Below, in pieces: positions 62,801 through 64,000 of a stretch of DNA of 64,000 bases. Source of the DNA: Cyanophora paradoxa CCMP329 (lineage: Eukaryota > Plantae > Glaucophyta); contig QPMI01000685.1 of NCBI GenBank assembly GCA_004431415.1, positions 1 to 64,000 on the forward strand, read 5' to 3'. Numbering within the stretch: position 1 is the stretch's first letter; every line of letters begins with the position of its first letter. The notes beneath the pieces are model-generated. The model ran no database searches and had not been told where the DNA came from. It saw only the letters and a list, made by a program, of their open reading frames with translations. The position numbers and the translations under genes are program-made.

Positions 62801-64000
62801 CTGGACGTCCCCGCGCATCCCATTGAACTACGCGCTGCGGGTGCGTGCCTCGAGCTCCAGTCGATCTAGATCTGATCTCGCGATTGCATGTCTCTGAATT
62901 GGCCAACGCGGCTTCGCAGCTGCCCTCTGCAACGGGCAGCACGCTCCTCGTCCCCTCTCAGGAAAGCCCCGTGATGTCCAACCTCGTCCTCCCGGTCGGC
63001 AACCCCGTCCGGCTGATCGCAACCGTCTGTGACCGAAACGGTGGATGCTCGGGTCTGCTGCCCCGAACAAAACGATTTACATATCAATTTCCAATCGCTT
63101 TCACCTCGTCTGAACGTGAAACGTTGACGGAGCAGAACTTCCACTCAGTGTTATTGTCCGGGCTCCGCCGGACGTCTGTGACTCGTACAACACGCGCAAG
63201 GCAGCGCTCGATGCTTCCGCGGCACAAATGTCCAGGCGGGATTACGACGCCAGCGTTCTTCGGTCCGTTATCGCGACGGCAAAGCAGCTTCAGGCCGAAA
63301 CCGTCGGTGAGTATCCGCTCAAGTACTTAGCGCTAGCAGAAGCACATACGTACGCGTATACGCATGAGCCCGAAATTTAATGCAAATGAACGTGCACGTG
63401 CATATGTACATATATGTGCGCGTCGCGTGCCAATTACTGCAGTTCCGGCGACTAAAGCTTCCTAAATGTGTATATGTTAATGTACTGATCATGAACCTTT
63501 CCACAGCGAAAACCACCACAGAAAGCTGCGTCGGGGGCCTTATCGTGGACACGTGCAGCGCGGCGGGGTCAGCCGCGTCTGTCTCTGACAAGGTGCAGGC
63601 CATCTCGGCCATCACAGATGTTGCTCAAGTCGCTGCGCGGTGCGCGTATCCTGATCGAGATTAAATATGACTCATACTTTCTGTGCCTGGTCCGTTTACC
63701 ATGCATATGCACACAAACCAGGCACACAAACACCACGCAACAAAAACGACTCTTTGCTTGCTATCCCGCGCTTGATGCGTGCGAGGTACCCGAGGACATG
63801 ACTGACGCGATTCTCGATGCGGTGATTGCATTGCAAGAGCTCGAAATCATGTGGATGCATAGCTAATGCACGCCTTCTTTATGCGCTGCGCACCCCGCAG
63901 GCCGACCGGTCCGTATCCGCGGCCATCAGCTCCAAAGACTGGACTCCGAACACGGCGGGTGGTCTCCAGCAGACGCAGAGCGGGCAGCTTACAAGCCCCC
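59890..64000 (+). CDS. Large secreted or membrane REJ-domain (polycystin-1-like) protein, 3'-partial
   Basis: Signal peptide (RLLAAIALCLQLLGLGLPVSA), Cys/Trp-rich exons, ATPSP linker, and REJ-type PPTPGTCTVAPPEGIALQDTFTVTCSSW...PLNY. Confidence 0.8.
61895..62024 (+). repeat. 18-bp coding repeat (ATPSP[T/M]) forming a mucin-like linker
   Basis: GC(C/T)AC(A/T)CC(A/G)TCGCC.A.G units. Confidence 0.85.

Overview
This is eukaryotic nuclear DNA from a very GC-rich, intron-dense alga or protist. A fibrillin gene and plastid-type presequences point to a photosynthetic host, but the species cannot be fixed from sequence alone. Bases 1-6097 are the AT-rich right arm of an integrated Polinton/Maverick-like element. 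It carries a protein-primed PolB with a degenerate exonuclease, an intact rve integrase, and a 1.8-kb non-coding end full of hairpins, iteron-like repeats and a duplicated inverted terminus. The rest is host genes: phosphatidylserine decarboxylase, RPL38, a Vps62-like gene, HAT1, a lipase-3/P-loop fusion, fibrillin, a CLASP_N protein, DUF1810, a bacterial-type ATP-grasp ligase, PPWD1/CYP71, a REJ-domain protein and several unknowns. Four observations stand out. (1) CpG is almost erased from the element's coding region except in TCGA, and host DNA shows CG->TA-like patches. (2) Three small genes share an acidic 'CGC' C-terminal module and a conserved intron position. (3) A large gene is built from eight copies of an unrecognised CxxC..CxxC..F(C/V)G zinc-ribbon repeat plus TPR-like helices. 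(4) The element's terminus has an unusual architecture. Host gene boundaries were spliced by eye and are approximate, and most long ORFs in the supplied track are GC shadow frames.
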